The notes under the pieces: model-generated | The model's database searches: none | Told to the model about the DNA's origin: nothing | What the model saw: only the letters and a program-made list of their open reading frames with translations | Part shown: positions 48,630 through 60,094 of the stretch, in pieces | How positions within the stretch are numbered: the first letter of the stretch is position 1 | Layout: every line of letters starts with the position of its first letter | Program-made: the position numbers and the translations under genes | Assembly: GCA_046861655.1 (NCBI GenBank) | Contig: JBHIAI010000001.1 | Span: forward strand, 43,027-107,026 | Length of the DNA stretch: 64,000 nucleotides | DNA from: Fidelibacterota bacterium | Lineage (GTDB): Bacteria; Fidelibacterota; Marinisomatia; Marinisomatales; S15-B10 | Reading direction: 5' to 3'

Positions 48630-50419
48630 AACCTAGATCATGGGCATGGGCAGTCTTCGCTGCCATCCTCGCAATGGGCTGGTCTTCCCGGGACGAGACG
48701 AAGATCACCTCGTGGGAACTACGGGAACACATCAAGTCCCTGGCATCCGATGACATGGAGGGCCGAAGGGCGGGAACCCGGGGAGACAGAAAAGCTGCCC
48801 GGTATCTTACCCGGGCCTTTCGCTCCTACGGTCTCGATCCTGTGGGGAAAGGACAGCACTCCCTGAGGTCCCCTTTCACTTTTACCGCGGGAGTTGAATT
48901 GGGGAGAAGAAATGCGTTCCGGATCGAGACAGGGGGAGAACTGAAAGCTCTTCGCCTGGGGAAGGACTTCCGTCCCCTTGGGTTTTCTTCCTCCGGTGAG
49001 GTAGAGGGCCAGCTGGTGTTTGCCGGGTATGGCATTGTGGCCGGGGAAATGGGGTACGATGACTACGGCCCGGTGGAAGTGGAGGGAAAGGTGGTGCTGG
49101 CCCTTTTCTACAGTCCTGATGGGACGAATCCCCACGGAGAATTTGGTCCCTACGTACCGGCCCGGCGCAAAGCCATGACCGCCCGGGAGAAGGGGGCGGC
49201 TGCCATCATCCTGGTGATGGGGCCCCGGGAGGATCCCGATCCGGACTATCTCATGGGTCTGTCCCACCACCAGGGTGCCGCGGATTCGGGAATCCCGGTG
49301 GTGACCGTGACTCAGCGCCAGGCGAATGAGCTTCTAAGCCTGGCAGACAGGGATTTGGCGGAGGTACAGGACCGAATACATGAGACCCGCCAGCCCCAAT
49401 CTTTTCACATCCCTGTCCAGGTTTTCGTGAAGACCTCCCTGGAGAAGGTCGAGGCCAAAACCTGGAATGTGGTAGGGATGGTGAAGGGATCCGATCCTGA
49501 GCTGGCAGACGAGTACGTCGTTGTTGGCGCTCATTACGACCACCTGGGTTGGGGTGGGGAGGGATCCCTGGCACCCGATACGGTAGCGATTCATAATGGA
49601 GCGGACGACAACGCCTCCGGAACGGCGGGACTTCTTGAACTGGCGGAATGGTTCTCCGGCCACCCCGGGAAGCGGAGCATTATTTTTGCCGCTTTTGGTG
49701 CGGAGGAACTGGGTCTACTCGGATCGACTCACTTCGTGAATGATCCTCCCGTCCCTCTGGAAAATGTGGTCGCCATGTTGAATATGGACATGATAGGGAG
49801 AATGGAGGATTCCACCCTGGTAGTGGGGGGCGTGGGGACTTCATCCATCTGGAAGGATCTGGTGAACGACAGGGCCGGGCCTCTTGGCCTGAGCCCCAAG
49901 TTTGATGATCCGGGCTATGGTTCCAGTGATCATCAATCGTTCTATCTGAAGGACATTCCGGTGCTGTTCTTTTTCACAGGGATTCATGACGATTACAGCC
50001 GTCCATCGGACGACTGGGAGAAGATCAATATCCCCGGGGAAGAACGGATCGTGCGGCTGGTTCGCGATGTGACCCGGGAGGTGGCCACGAGAAAGGAAAC
50101 CCCCAACTTTGTGAAGGTCGAGCGAGCCCAGCCTGTCCGGGGTGGATTCCCTGTTTATCTGGGAACCGTTCCCGATTACAGCGCCACCGACGTAGAGGGG
50201 ATGAGGCTCGCCGGTGTCCGGGAGGGCGGTCCCGCCCATCAGGGGGGCCTTAGGGGAGGGGACATCATTGTGAGGTTCGGCTCCAAAGATGTAAAGAATA
50301 TCTATGATTTCATGTACGCTCTTCAGGAAGCCAGGGCAGATGAGCCTGTTTCTATTACGGTACTCCGGGAAGGGAAGGAGCGGGTCCTGGAGGTCACGCC
50401 CGCCAGAAGGAAAGACTAG
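48626..50419 (+). CDS. M28 peptidase with PA and PDZ domains
   Basis: GAHYDHLG, NGADDNASG, AEELGL, SDH; C-terminal PDZ. Confidence 0.9.
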   Translation: MKPRSWAWAVFAAILAMGWSSRDETKITSWELREHIKSLASDDMEGRRAGTRGDRKAARYLTRAFRSYGLDPVGKGQHSLRSPFTFTAGVELGRRNAFRIETGGELKALRLGKDFRPLGFSSSGEVEGQLVFAGYGIVAGEMGYDDYGPVEVEGKVVLALFYSPDGTNPHGEFGPYVPARRKAMTAREKGAAAIILVMGPREDPDPDYLMGLSHHQGAADSGIPVVTVTQRQANELLSLADRDLAEVQDRIHETRQPQSFHIPVQVFVKTSLEKVEAKTWNVVGMVKGSDPELADEYVVVGAHYDHLGWGGEGSLAPDTVAIHNGADDNASGTAGLLELAEWFSGHPGKRSIIFAAFGAEELGLLGSTHFVNDPPVPLENVVAMLNMDMIGRMEDSTLVVGGVGTSSIWKDLVNDRAGPLGLSPKFDDPGYGSSDHQSFYLKDIPVLFFFTGIHDDYSRPSDDWEKINIPGEERIVRLVRDVTREVATRKETPNFVKVERAQPVRGGFPVYLGTVPDYSATDVEGMRLAGVREGGPAHQGGLRGGDIIVRFGSKDVKNIYDFMYALQEARADEPVSITVLREGKERVLEVTPARRKD

Positions 50420-50606
50420 TCAAAACCCTGAGTCCTGTCGCCTGGTACTGAACGCCTTCTGGGCACCCGGACAGTAGTCATCGGGGCGAAGGGTTGCCAT
50501 CTCATCCTCTGCTTGACCCCGACTATCATGCCCGGTTAAGGGTGTATTGGTCAAATTGTCTTTTGAAAGGTGAGAATGGGCGGATAATTTACACGATAGC
50601 CCAAAA

Positions 50607-53447
50607 ATGAAAGCCAACAACGAAAAGATTGTGGTCCGGGGAGCCCGGGAGCATAATCTCAAGAACATAGACGTAGAGATTCCCCGGAACCGGTTTGTGG
50701 TGATCACGGGCCTTTCGGGATCTGGAAAATCGTCTCTGGCCTTCGACACGATCTACGCCGAAGGTCAGCGCCGCTACGTAGAGTCCCTTTCGGCGTACGC
50801 CCGGCAATTCTTGAGCCGCATGGAGAAGCCCGACGTGGAGTATATCGAGGGACTGTCTCCGGCCATTTCCATTGAACAAAAAGCTGGCTCCAGGAATCCT
50901 CGGTCCACGGTGGGGACCGTCACCGAGATTCATGATTATCTCAGGGTGTTGTACGCCCGTGTGGGAACCCCTTATTGTTGGGATTGTGGGGATCCCATCC
51001 GGCGGCAGACGGTCCAGCAGATTGTGGACACCGTTCTGGCATTTCCTAAAGGGTCGAAGCTCCAGATCCTGGCCCCGGTAGTGCGGGGGCGAAAAGGACG
51101 GTACAAGGACCTGTTCAATGAGCTGTCCCGGGAGGGATTCGTCCGGGTCCGGGTAGATGGGAAAATCCGGGATATGTCCCGCCCGGGCGGGATCATCCTT
51201 CACAAGGACAAGAAGCACGATATTGAGGTGGTCATAGACAGAATCATTCTTGAGGAGGGCGTAAAGGAGCGTCTGACCGAATCGGTAGAGCTGGCGCTCA
51301 AGATCGGTTCCGGTCTGGTCGTGGTTAACCGTCTTCCCAAAGAGGAGCACATCTTCAGCGAACTGTTCGCGTGTCCCAAGTGCGGGAACAGTATGGAGGA
51401 GCTCTCTCCCCGGATGTTTTCGTTCAACTCTCCCTATGGGGCCTGCAAGACCTGTGATGGATTGGGGTCCCGGATGGAAATCGATCCCGATCTTATCGTG
51501 CCGGACAAACGCCGGTCGCTCATCAAGGGTGCCATCGTTCCCTTGGGTGAGCAGCCCCGAGGAAGCTGGTACAGTTCCATCTTGAAAAGTCTGGCCAGCC
51601 ATTATGGATTTAGTTTCACCACCCCCTGGTACCATCTCCCTTCCCGGGCGAGGGAGGTATTGTTGTGGGGAACGGGGGATGATCGAATCCGAATGCGGTA
51701 CAAATCCGAGAGGTTCTCCGGCGAATACTCGGGCGGTTTTGAAGGTGTTGTTCACAACCTGGAAAGGCGGTATCATCAGACCCGTTCCCACGGGATCCGG
51801 GAATGGATTGAGCGGTTTATGAGCATGCGAGCCTGTCCGGACTGCGGGGGTGCCCGGTTGAGAAAAGAGAGCCTGGCTGTGAGGTTGGGAGACATGTCCA
51901 TCGGGGAATTGTCCCGGTTGTCCGTCAAGGACGTGGCCGAATTCTTCAGGACCGTCAAGCTGACTGATACTCAGAAGCAGGTAGGAAGACAGGTGCTGAA
52001 AGAGGTGCGGGACCGTCTCCAGTTTCTCATGAACGTGGGGCTCGATTATTTGACCCTGGACCGGTCGGCCTCCACCCTTTCCGGTGGGGAAGCCCAGAGA
52101 ATTCGCCTGGCCACTCAGATCGGTTCCCAGCTGGTGGGAGTGCTGTACATTCTGGATGAACCCTCCATCGGCCTCCACCTCCGGGACAACAAGCGACTGA
52201 TTTCCACCCTGGAGAGACTCAGGGATTTGGGGAACACGGTTCTGGTGGTGGAACATGACCGGGAAACCATTGAGTCCTCGGATCACGTGGTGGACCTGGG
52301 CCCAGGGGCAGGAGAAGCGGGAGGCAAGGTGGTTTTTGAAGGGTCCCCTGAAGCTCTGGCGGGGTACGGAAAGTCCATCACGGGTCTTTACCTGTCGGGG
52401 AAGCGGAAGATTGCTATTCCGGGGTCAAGACGCAAAGGGTCGGGGAAAGTGCTGAAAGTCTTCGGGGCGGAGGGGAACAATCTGAAATCGGTGGATGTAG
52501 AGTTTCCTCTGGGAAGACTCATCTGTATCACGGGTGTATCGGGTTCAGGGAAAAGCACGCTTGTGAACGAGACGTTGTATCCCATCCTGGCCCGGGAGCT
52601 CCAGGATTCCAGAACCTACCCACTTCCGTATGAAGGGATTGAAGGTTTGGCATACCTGGACAAAGTGGTGGATATTGATCAGTCCCCCATCGGCCGTACT
52701 CCCAGGTCCAATCCCGCCACCTACACGGGAGTTTTTACTCATATCCGGGACCTGTTTGCCAGGTTGCCCGAGTCCAGAATGAGGGGGTACAACCCTGGCC
52801 GGTTTTCCTTCAACGTAAAAGGGGGACGGTGCGAGGCATGCCATGGTGACGGCATCATCAAGATTGAGATGCATTTTCTTCCGGATGTTTACGTACGATG
52901 CGAAGAGTGCAAGGGCTCCAGGTATAACCGGGAGACCCTGGAGATCACCTACAAGGGCAAGGACATTTCCGACGTCTTGAACATGACGGTGGAAGAAGCC
53001 CTGGTCTTTTTCGAGAACTTTCCCCAGATTAAAAGAAGGCTGGAGACTCTCCGTGATGTGGGGCTGGGGTACATACGACTCGGGCAGCAGGCAACCACGT
53101 TGTCCGGTGGTGAGGCGCAGAGGGTGAAGCTCTCCAGGGAGCTTTCGAAAATCGGCACGGGCCGCACCTTTTACATCCTGGATGAACCCACTACAGGCCT
53201 CCATTTTGATGATGTGAGAATGCTTCTCAACGTGTTGAACCGCCTGGTGGACAAGGGGAACACCGTCGTGGTTATTGAACACAATATGGATGTCATAAAG
53301 ACGGCTGATTGGATTATTGATCTGGGACCTGAGGGGGGGGATGAGGGTGGCACCATCGTGGCCCAGGGCGTTCCGGAAAACCTGGCCAAGGACCGGAACT
53401 CATACACGGGGAAATTCCTGGATAGCATTCTCAACGGGAGAACATAG
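50607..53447 (+). CDS. uvrA: Excinuclease ABC subunit A
   Basis: [18 protein letters not shown], two LSGGEAQR, Zn fingers. Confidence 0.98.
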   Translation: MKANNEKIVVRGAREHNLKNIDVEIPRNRFVVITGLSGSGKSSLAFDTIYAEGQRRYVESLSAYARQFLSRMEKPDVEYIEGLSPAISIEQKAGSRNPRSTVGTVTEIHDYLRVLYARVGTPYCWDCGDPIRRQTVQQIVDTVLAFPKGSKLQILAPVVRGRKGRYKDLFNELSREGFVRVRVDGKIRDMSRPGGIILHKDKKHDIEVVIDRIILEEGVKERLTESVELALKIGSGLVVVNRLPKEEHIFSELFACPKCGNSMEELSPRMFSFNSPYGACKTCDGLGSRMEIDPDLIVPDKRRSLIKGAIVPLGEQPRGSWYSSILKSLASHYGFSFTTPWYHLPSRAREVLLWGTGDDRIRMRYKSERFSGEYSGGFEGVVHNLERRYHQTRSHGIREWIERFMSMRACPDCGGARLRKESLAVRLGDMSIGELSRLSVKDVAEFFRTVKLTDTQKQVGRQVLKEVRDRLQFLMNVGLDYLTLDRSASTLSGGEAQRIRLATQIGSQLVGVLYILDEPSIGLHLRDNKRLISTLERLRDLGNTVLVVEHDRETIESSDHVVDLGPGAGEAGGKVVFEGSPEALAGYGKSITGLYLSGKRKIAIPGSRRKGSGKVLKVFGAEGNNLKSVDVEFPLGRLICITGVSGSGKSTLVNETLYPILARELQDSRTYPLPYEGIEGLAYLDKVVDIDQSPIGRTPRSNPATYTGVFTHIRDLFARLPESRMRGYNPGRFSFNVKGGRCEACHGDGIIKIEMHFLPDVYVRCEECKGSRYNRETLEITYKGKDISDVLNMTVEEALVFFENFPQIKRRLETLRDVGLGYIRLGQQATTLSGGEAQRVKLSRELSKIGTGRTFYILDEPTTGLHFDDVRMLLNVLNRLVDKGNTVVVIEHNMDVIKTADWIIDLGPEGGDEGGTIVAQGVPENLAKDRNSYTGKFLDSILNGRT

Positions 53448-53448
53448 A

Positions 53449-55452
53449 CTGATACAGGACCATCTGGATAGATTGTGCGTCAACACCCTCCGTTTTCTCG
53501 CTGTGGATGCGGTTCAGGCGGCCGGGTCGGGACATCCGGGGATGCCCCTGGGTGCTGCTCCCATGGCCTATGTTCTGTGGGACCGTTTCTTGCGTTTTAA
53601 TCCCGCCAATCCCCGGTGGTTCAACCGGGACCGGTTTGTCCTTTCGGCCGGTCACGGATCGGCTCTCCTGTATGCCCTGTTGCACACATTCGGATACGAT
53701 CTGGTTCTGGAAGAATTAAGGCGGTTCCGCCAGTGGGGAAGCATGACACCCGGTCATCCTGAAAGGGGATTAGCCCCGGGGGTGGAAACCACCACGGGTC
53801 CCCTGGGCCAGGGATTCGCCAACGGTGTAGGCATGGCCATGGCTGAACGCTTTCTGGCCAACCGGTTCAACCGGAACGGATATCCTGTGGTGGATCATTA
53901 CACCTACGCCATCGTGTCGGATGGCGATCTCATGGAGGGAGTTTCATCGGAGGCCGCCTCCCTGGCGGGCCAGTGGGGACTGGGAAAGCTTATCTATCTG
54001 TACGACGACAATCACGTAACCATAGAAGGGGATACCCGGCTGGCGTTCACCGAAGACACGGGAAAACGGTTTGAGGCCTACGGGTGGCATGTACAGGAAC
54101 TCCCCGATGGAAACGACGTGGCAGCCATCGACGGTGCCATCCGGAAGGCCAGGGAAGAAAGCGTCCGGCCCTCTCTTATCATGATTCGAACCCATATCGG
54201 GTTTGGGAGTCCCAAACAGGATTCGGCGGCGGCCCATGGGGCACCGCTAGGCGAGGAGGCAACGCGGCAGACCAAGGAGGCCCTGGGATGGCCTTTGGAG
54301 CCTGAATTCTACATCCCGGAGGAGGCGGCAGCCCATTTCCGCCTGGCGGTGAAACGAGGGGCTGACCGGGAGAAGGAATGGATCGATCTGGTAGAGAGCT
54401 ACCGCAGGGACCATCCATCCCTTGCCCGGCGGTTGGATGAAGTTATTGAAGGGGAACTGCCTGACGGCTGGACATCGGATCTGGTCATCTTTTCCAGCTC
54501 GGACGGTGCCATGGCCACCCGGACGGCCTCCGGCACGGTGTTGAACCGTCTTGCGAAAAACCTGGATACCCTGATGGGGGGCTCAGCGGACCTGGCCCCA
54601 TCCAACAACACCTTTCTCAAAAAGAAGGAGGAATTCGGTCTGGATGAACGGTGGGGTCCCAACGTTCACTATGGCGTTCGCGAGCACGCCATGGCGGCCA
54701 TCACGAGCGGCCTTGCCCTTCACGGAGGAGTTCTTCCCTATGCAGGAACCTTCCTCGTGTTTTCAGATTACATGCGGCCTGCCCTCAGACTGGCGGCGTT
54801 GATGAAGGCCCACAGTGTATTCGTGTTCACTCACGACAGCGTGGGCCTGGGGGAGGACGGTCCCACCCATCAGCCCGTAGAGCATCTGATGTCGTTGCGA
54901 GCCATTCCCGGCCTTACGGTGATCCGGCCGGCAGATGCCAACGAAACGGCTATGGCCTGGAAAATAGCGGTAGAGCGTCCGGGACCGGTGGTCCTGGTGC
55001 TTACCCGTCAGAAGGTTCCCATCCTGGACGCGGAGGTGTATCCCGTGGAAGAGGGTGTCCCGAAGGGAGCCTACGTCCTTTCCGACGCCGAAGCCCATGC
55101 TCCCGATATTATCATCGTGGCCACGGGCTCGGAAGTGCATCTGGCTCTTGAGGCTCGGGAAGTCCTGACGGAAAAAGGGGTCGGTGTCCGGGTCGTGTCC
55201 ATGCCGTCGTGGGAACTCTTTGAGGAACAACCGGTTGATTACAGGCGGTCGGTCCTGGCACCGGGAGTTCCGAAGCTTTCGGTGGAGGCGGGCAGCCCTC
55301 AGGGTTGGTACCGGTACGTTGGAGAGAAGGGGGATGCCATGGGGTTGAGCCGCTTCGGGGCTTCCGCTCCGGGGAGGGTGGTGCTGGAGAAGTTAGGGTT
55401 TAGCCCCGAAGAAGTAGTCACCCGGGCCCAGGAGCTATTAGGGGCAAGCTAA
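53449..55452 (+). CDS. tkt: Transketolase (start codon uncertain)
   Basis: [31 protein letters not shown]. Confidence 0.95.
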   Translation: MIQDHLDRLCVNTLRFLAVDAVQAAGSGHPGMPLGAAPMAYVLWDRFLRFNPANPRWFNRDRFVLSAGHGSALLYALLHTFGYDLVLEELRRFRQWGSMTPGHPERGLAPGVETTTGPLGQGFANGVGMAMAERFLANRFNRNGYPVVDHYTYAIVSDGDLMEGVSSEAASLAGQWGLGKLIYLYDDNHVTIEGDTRLAFTEDTGKRFEAYGWHVQELPDGNDVAAIDGAIRKAREESVRPSLIMIRTHIGFGSPKQDSAAAHGAPLGEEATRQTKEALGWPLEPEFYIPEEAAAHFRLAVKRGADREKEWIDLVESYRRDHPSLARRLDEVIEGELPDGWTSDLVIFSSSDGAMATRTASGTVLNRLAKNLDTLMGGSADLAPSNNTFLKKKEEFGLDERWGPNVHYGVREHAMAAITSGLALHGGVLPYAGTFLVFSDYMRPALRLAALMKAHSVFVFTHDSVGLGEDGPTHQPVEHLMSLRAIPGLTVIRPADANETAMAWKIAVERPGPVVLVLTRQKVPILDAEVYPVEEGVPKGAYVLSDAEAHAPDIIIVATGSEVHLALEAREVLTEKGVGVRVVSMPSWELFEEQPVDYRRSVLAPGVPKLSVEAGSPQGWYRYVGEKGDAMGLSRFGASAPGRVVLEKLGFSPEEVVTRAQELLGAS

Positions 55453-55473
55453 AAAAACGGGGGGGAGAAGATC

Positions 55474-55920
55474 ATGCCCATAAGAACAGGACGAGCAGTG
55501 TGGAAAGGAACACTCCAGAACGGCGAGGGAACGGTTCAAACCGAAACGGGGGTGCTTGACGCCCGGTATTCCTTTTCCTCCCGCTTCGAATCAGGAACGG
55601 GGACCAATCCCGAAGAACTTCTCGGGGCAGCTCATGCGGGATGTTTCTCCATGGCCTTTGCTTCCGGATTGGAAAAGGCTGGCTTCACGGTTGAACGGAT
55701 ATCCACCGAAGACAGGGTCCACATAGAAAAGGTGGAAGACAGCTTCACCATCACGAAGATAGAGACGACAACGGAGTGTGATGTACCTGGAATGGATGAT
55801 GAGACCTTTCAACGGCTTGCGGAAGACGCCAAGAAGAACTGCCCGGTTTCCAGGGCTCTGAAGGCAGTGCAGATCGACCTGGTAGCCCGGCTTAAGGGAT
55901 CGTCGTCCCCTGCCGAATGA
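55474..55920 (+). CDS. osmC: OsmC family peroxiredoxin
   Basis: GTNPEELLGAAHAGCFSM, CPVSRAL. Confidence 0.93.
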   Translation: MPIRTGRAVWKGTLQNGEGTVQTETGVLDARYSFSSRFESGTGTNPEELLGAAHAGCFSMAFASGLEKAGFTVERISTEDRVHIEKVEDSFTITKIETTTECDVPGMDDETFQRLAEDAKKNCPVSRALKAVQIDLVARLKGSSSPAE

Positions 55921-56156
55921 CACGTTCCCTGTGTACACTCCAGGCGGTGGGCGATCAGACCTACTGGTTCTGTTTACAGTGTGCTGAAGAGGGAACCAGT
56001 CCGGGCGATCCTTCCTGGTTGGAGTCGAGCGAAACGGGCGCCGCTGACAGTTTCTTCAGCCCGGATCTGGGCCTGGTCCTGGAGCACCTGAAGGGGGTTC
56101 ACGGGTTCGGGAAAGACCAAATCGAGGTGAGTGAAGAGGAAATAGTCCTGAAGTGA
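55917..56156 (+). CDS. Small hypothetical protein with possible C2H2 zinc site
   Basis: Overlaps both neighbours by 4 nt; CLQC...HLKGVH. Confidence 0.55.
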   Translation: MTRSLCTLQAVGDQTYWFCLQCAEEGTSPGDPSWLESSETGAADSFFSPDLGLVLEHLKGVHGFGKDQIEVSEEEIVLK

Positions 56157-57382
56157 CGGGGAAAAAGGAAACGGAATTCGACATGGTGGTGGTGGGTGGC
56201 GGTCCGGCAGGAGCCACGGCGGCCCTGTATGCCTCCCGGATTGGATTGAGGGTTCTTCTGGTGGATAAGGAGCAGTTTCCCAGGGACAAAGTTTGCGGAG
56301 ATGCCCTGTCGGGGAAGTCTGTTGGGATCCTCCGGGATCTGGATCTTCTGGAACAGGTAAGGGACCTTCCCGGAGCCTCCGTACGGACGATAACCTTCGG
56401 CAGTCCCAACCACACCTCAGCGAACATACTCATGGAGGGAGATGGCGGGCAGGAAGGTTTCGTCATCCGGCGAAAGGTTTTTGACAACTTCCTTTTTCAG
56501 AAAGCCGGGAAGGAAGTGGAAACCTGCATCGAGGGCTTCTTCGTCAGAGATCTAATCACGGACAACGGCCACGTCTGCGGGATTCGGGGCAATCGGCGCG
56601 GTGAGAGGGATATGGAGGAATACCGGGCCCCCCTTGTCCTGGGAGCGGATGGGTTCAGTTCCGTAGTAGCCAGGAAGGCCGGGTTGTACGATCACGATCC
56701 CAGGCACTGGGTGGTGGCCCTGAGGTGCTATTACCGGAATGTCGGGGGGCTGACCGATCAGATTGAACTGCACTACCTGGACGAGGTCATCCCCGGTTAT
56801 TTCTGGATTTTTCCGCTGGAAGATGGACGCGCCAATGTGGGCATCGGCATGCTTCATGAGTTCATGAAGTGCAGGAAGGTAAACCTGAAGGAGTCTCTTC
56901 GCTGGGCCATCAACAGCGGTCCTTTCAGGGACCGTTTTTCCGGTTCTGAGGCATTGGAAGAACCCGTGGGGTGGAATCTGCCGGTGGGAAGCAAGCACAG
57001 GACGATTGTGGGGGACGGCTTAATGCTTCTCGGTGATGCTGCAGGTCTCATTGATCCCTTCACGGGAGAGGGGATTGGAAACGCCATGTATTCAGCCCGC
57101 GTAGCCGTAGAAACGGCCAGGGAAGCCCACGAAGGGAAAGATTTTGGCGGCGCCTTTCTTTCCCGTTACGACAGGCGGCTGTGGGACGCCATCGGGCCGG
57201 AACTGAAACTGAGTACCCGCCTTCAGCAGTTGGGACGGCTCAGATTCTTGCTGAATTTTGTCATCGGCAAGGCAGCTCGCCACCAGGAAGTCCGGGAGAC
57301 CATCGGAGGGATGATTACCAATGAACTGCCCCGGGAGAAGCTTGCCAGCCCGGTGTTCTATCTAAAACTTCTTTTCACCTGA
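56153..57382 (+). CDS. Geranylgeranyl reductase family FAD oxidoreductase
   Basis: [37 protein letters not shown]. Confidence 0.9.
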   Translation: MTGKKETEFDMVVVGGGPAGATAALYASRIGLRVLLVDKEQFPRDKVCGDALSGKSVGILRDLDLLEQVRDLPGASVRTITFGSPNHTSANILMEGDGGQEGFVIRRKVFDNFLFQKAGKEVETCIEGFFVRDLITDNGHVCGIRGNRRGERDMEEYRAPLVLGADGFSSVVARKAGLYDHDPRHWVVALRCYYRNVGGLTDQIELHYLDEVIPGYFWIFPLEDGRANVGIGMLHEFMKCRKVNLKESLRWAINSGPFRDRFSGSEALEEPVGWNLPVGSKHRTIVGDGLMLLGDAAGLIDPFTGEGIGNAMYSARVAVETAREAHEGKDFGGAFLSRYDRRLWDAIGPELKLSTRLQQLGRLRFLLNFVIGKAARHQEVRETIGGMITNELPREKLASPVFYLKLLFT

Positions 57383-57393
57383 CGGGAGGGCAG

Positions 57394-57741
57394 ATGAGAA
57401 ATCTGGAACACATGAAATGTGAGGCTTGCCGCAGGGGTGAGCCCACGGTCACCGAAGAGGAAATGCGGGAATTTCTTCCTCAGATTCCCCAGTGGAAGAT
57501 TGTAGAACGGGACGGCGTCAACAGGTTGGAGCGGGTGTTTCGCTTCAAGGATTTTGTCCAGGCTCTCTCCTTCACCAACCGGCTGGGGGAAGCGGCCGAA
57601 CATGAGGGCCACCATCCGGCCCTTCTCACCGAATGGGGTCGGGTGACGGTCTCCTGGTGGACTCACAAGATCGGGGGCCTGCACCAGAACGATTTCATCA
57701 TGGCAGCCAGGACGGATCACCTGGCGGCCGAAGAGGCATAA
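57394..57741 (+). CDS. phhB: Pterin-4a-carbinolamine dehydratase
   Basis: [23 protein letters not shown]. Confidence 0.92.
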   Translation: MRNLEHMKCEACRRGEPTVTEEEMREFLPQIPQWKIVERDGVNRLERVFRFKDFVQALSFTNRLGEAAEHEGHHPALLTEWGRVTVSWWTHKIGGLHQNDFIMAARTDHLAAEEA

Positions 57742-57786
57742 CACCGGGCTTTAGCCCCCCTTCGAGGGGGGAAGAAAAGGGGCGCG
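57742..57786 (+). repeat. Intergenic REP-like hairpin
   Basis: CCCCCC-TTCGA-GGGGGG followed by AAGAAAAGGGG, the tail also seen at 43345 and 14684. Confidence 0.55.
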
Positions 57787-57949
57787 TGGCAGGATCCTAA
57801 TTCCTGAAATCTCCACTACTTAGAGTATCTATTTGGAATGGCTCGAGTATGAGATTAAATTAAAGGTTGTCTTTACCGTATCTTAAACCCGACCTTGATC
57901 ACCCTGTTCAAAGCGACGCGGTTTCATCCATCGATACTACTTTTGAGCG

Positions 57950-58966
57950 GTGACAGAGCACCATATTACCGATCCTGAGCCCCAGGAACAGGATCTGGCG
58001 GTTGAACAGACTCTTCGTCCCACCACCTTTGACGAATTCATCGGTCAGGAGGAGGTGGTGGAGAACTTGAAATTGTACATTGAGGCCAGCCGGAGGAGAA
58101 ACGACGCCCTGGATCATGTGTTGTTGTTTGGTCCTCCCGGGCTGGGAAAAACCACGTTGGCCAACATCATTGCCAAAGAACTGGATGTGAACTTGCGACC
58201 CACGGGGCCCGTTCTGGAACGGGCCGCGGATCTGGCAGGATTGCTCACGAACTTGCGTCCCCGGGATGTTCTGTTCATCGATGAGATTCACCGGATGAAC
58301 AGTGTGGTGGAAGAATACCTGTACGGTGCCATGGAGGATTATCGCATCGATATCATGATTGACCGGGGTCCCAGTGCCCGGAGTGTCCGTCTCAATCTGG
58401 AAAAGTTCACTCTGATCGGTGCCACCACGCGGATGGGGAGTCTCACCTCGCCCATGCGGGACAGGTTTGGCGTCGTGCTGAGGGTGGATTTCTACACGGA
58501 TGATGCCCTGTACAAGATTATTGAGAGGTCGGCGAGAATCCTGGGAGTGGATATCGTCCCGGAAGCGGCCGCGGAACTGGCAAGGCGCTCCAGGGGGACA
58601 CCCCGGGTATGCAATCGTATCTTGCGGCGAACACAGGACTACGCGGAAGTAAAGGCAGACGGGAGCATTTCCGGGAAAGTTGCTTCCGACTCCCTCCGGC
58701 AACTGGGCATCGATTCCCACGGCCTGGACGAATTTGACCGTCGGATTCTGACGGTCCTGGTAGAGAAATTCCAGGGTGGGCCCGTGGGCATTGACTCGTT
58801 GAGCGTGGCCCTGGGGGAGGATCCTCAGACCATCGAAGATGTATACGAACCGTACCTGATCAAAGAGGGTTTCATTCAGCGTACGGCCCGGGGACGGATA
58901 GCACAGGACCTGACCTTTTCGTACCTGGAAATAGAAAAACCTGAGAGTCAGGGAAAGCTGTTTTAG
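57950..58966 (+). CDS. ruvB: Holliday junction helicase RuvB
   Basis: [32 protein letters not shown]. Confidence 0.97.
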   Translation: MTEHHITDPEPQEQDLAVEQTLRPTTFDEFIGQEEVVENLKLYIEASRRRNDALDHVLLFGPPGLGKTTLANIIAKELDVNLRPTGPVLERAADLAGLLTNLRPRDVLFIDEIHRMNSVVEEYLYGAMEDYRIDIMIDRGPSARSVRLNLEKFTLIGATTRMGSLTSPMRDRFGVVLRVDFYTDDALYKIIERSARILGVDIVPEAAAELARRSRGTPRVCNRILRRTQDYAEVKADGSISGKVASDSLRQLGIDSHGLDEFDRRILTVLVEKFQGGPVGIDSLSVALGEDPQTIEDVYEPYLIKEGFIQRTARGRIAQDLTFSYLEIEKPESQGKLF

Positions 58967-58980
58967 ATCAGGGTCCTGTT

Positions 58981-60036
58981 GTGATGTTGGAAAAACGAGT
59001 GAGACTGAGACTGACCGACTTTGATTATCACCTGCCTAATGCCAGGATTGCCCAATATCCGGCCAGGCGGCGTGATTATGCCCGTCTAATGGTTCTTCAC
59101 CGGGATACGGAGACGATTGAACACCGCCGTTTCCTGAACATTGTGAACTACGTGAAGAAAAACGATCTGGTGATCGTGAACACCACCAAGGTTTTCCCGG
59201 CCCGTCTGTTTGCGGTGAAGGATAGGACCGACGCCAAGGTTGAGGTGTTTTTGCTCCGGGAGTTGGAGAATGACCTGTGGGAAGTTCTGGTAAAACCTGC
59301 CCGGAAGGTCCGGATAGGGAACAAGCTTCACTTCACCGATAAGGTTCATTGTGATGTTATCGACAATACCGTTTCCGGGGGCCGGGTGGTACGGTTCGAA
59401 TACGAGGGGGATAGCTTCTACAAAATCATCGATAGGATCGGGCATTCGCCTTTGCCCCCTTACATCAAGAGGAAGGCAGAGCCCCGGGACAAGACCAGGT
59501 ACCAGACTGTTTTTGCGGAAAAAAGGGGAGCCGTGGCTGCGTCCACGGCAGGGCTTCATTTTACCGAAGGACTCCTGAAGAAGATCAAAGCCAAGGGGGT
59601 TCGGGTCGTCCCCATCACCCTCCACATCGGATTGGGAACGTTCCGACCGGTGCAGGTGGAGGATCTGACTCGCCATCAGATGGACTCGGAGTATTTTGAG
59701 GTTCCGGCGGAAACGGCCATCGCCATCAATGAGACCCGCAGCCGAGGCAAGCGAATTTTCGCCGTTGGGACCTCCACCGTGAGGGCTCTGGAAACGGTGG
59801 TGGTTTCGGGATTCCAGGTAACCGCCAATCGGGGCTGGACAGACAAATTCATCTATCCGCCCTACAAATTCAAGATGACGGATGCCCTCATCACCAATCT
59901 CCATCAGCCAAAATCGACCCTTCTGATGCTGGTGTGTGCCTTCGCGAACCGGGAATTTGTCTTTAGAGCCTACCGGGAGGCTGTTAAGAAGCAGTATCGT
60001 TTCTTGAGCTATGGCGACGCCATGCTCATCCTTTAG
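58981..60036 (+). CDS. queA: SAM:tRNA ribosyltransferase-isomerase
   Basis: FDYHLP, PLPPYI, YQTVFA, TAGLHF, YRFLSYGDAMLI. Confidence 0.97.
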   Translation: MMLEKRVRLRLTDFDYHLPNARIAQYPARRRDYARLMVLHRDTETIEHRRFLNIVNYVKKNDLVIVNTTKVFPARLFAVKDRTDAKVEVFLLRELENDLWEVLVKPARKVRIGNKLHFTDKVHCDVIDNTVSGGRVVRFEYEGDSFYKIIDRIGHSPLPPYIKRKAEPRDKTRYQTVFAEKRGAVAASTAGLHFTEGLLKKIKAKGVRVVPITLHIGLGTFRPVQVEDLTRHQMDSEYFEVPAETAIAINETRSRGKRIFAVGTSTVRALETVVVSGFQVTANRGWTDKFIYPPYKFKMTDALITNLHQPKSTLLMLVCAFANREFVFRAYREAVKKQYRFLSYGDAMLIL

Positions 60037-60094
60037 GACTTTTCCTGCTGCCACGGTCTTTCCATTGAACCCCCGGTGTGGACGATTTGAACCG

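Noticed and set aside
50589..52286. Long antisense ORFs (also 33056-33964, 43300-44376, 45564-46481, 59086-60114)
   Set aside because: Shadows of well-supported genes on the opposite strand in GC-rich DNA; no recognisable motifs
30900..57950. Canonical SOS box shared by dinB, uvrA and ruvB promoters
   Set aside because: No common CTGT-N8-ACAG, GAAC-N4-GTTC or GGA-N5-TCC site found by eye
57950..60036. Single-residue motif deviations in RuvB (RPTGP) and QueA (AASTAG)
   Set aside because: Cannot be told apart from lineage variation or sequencing error without alignments
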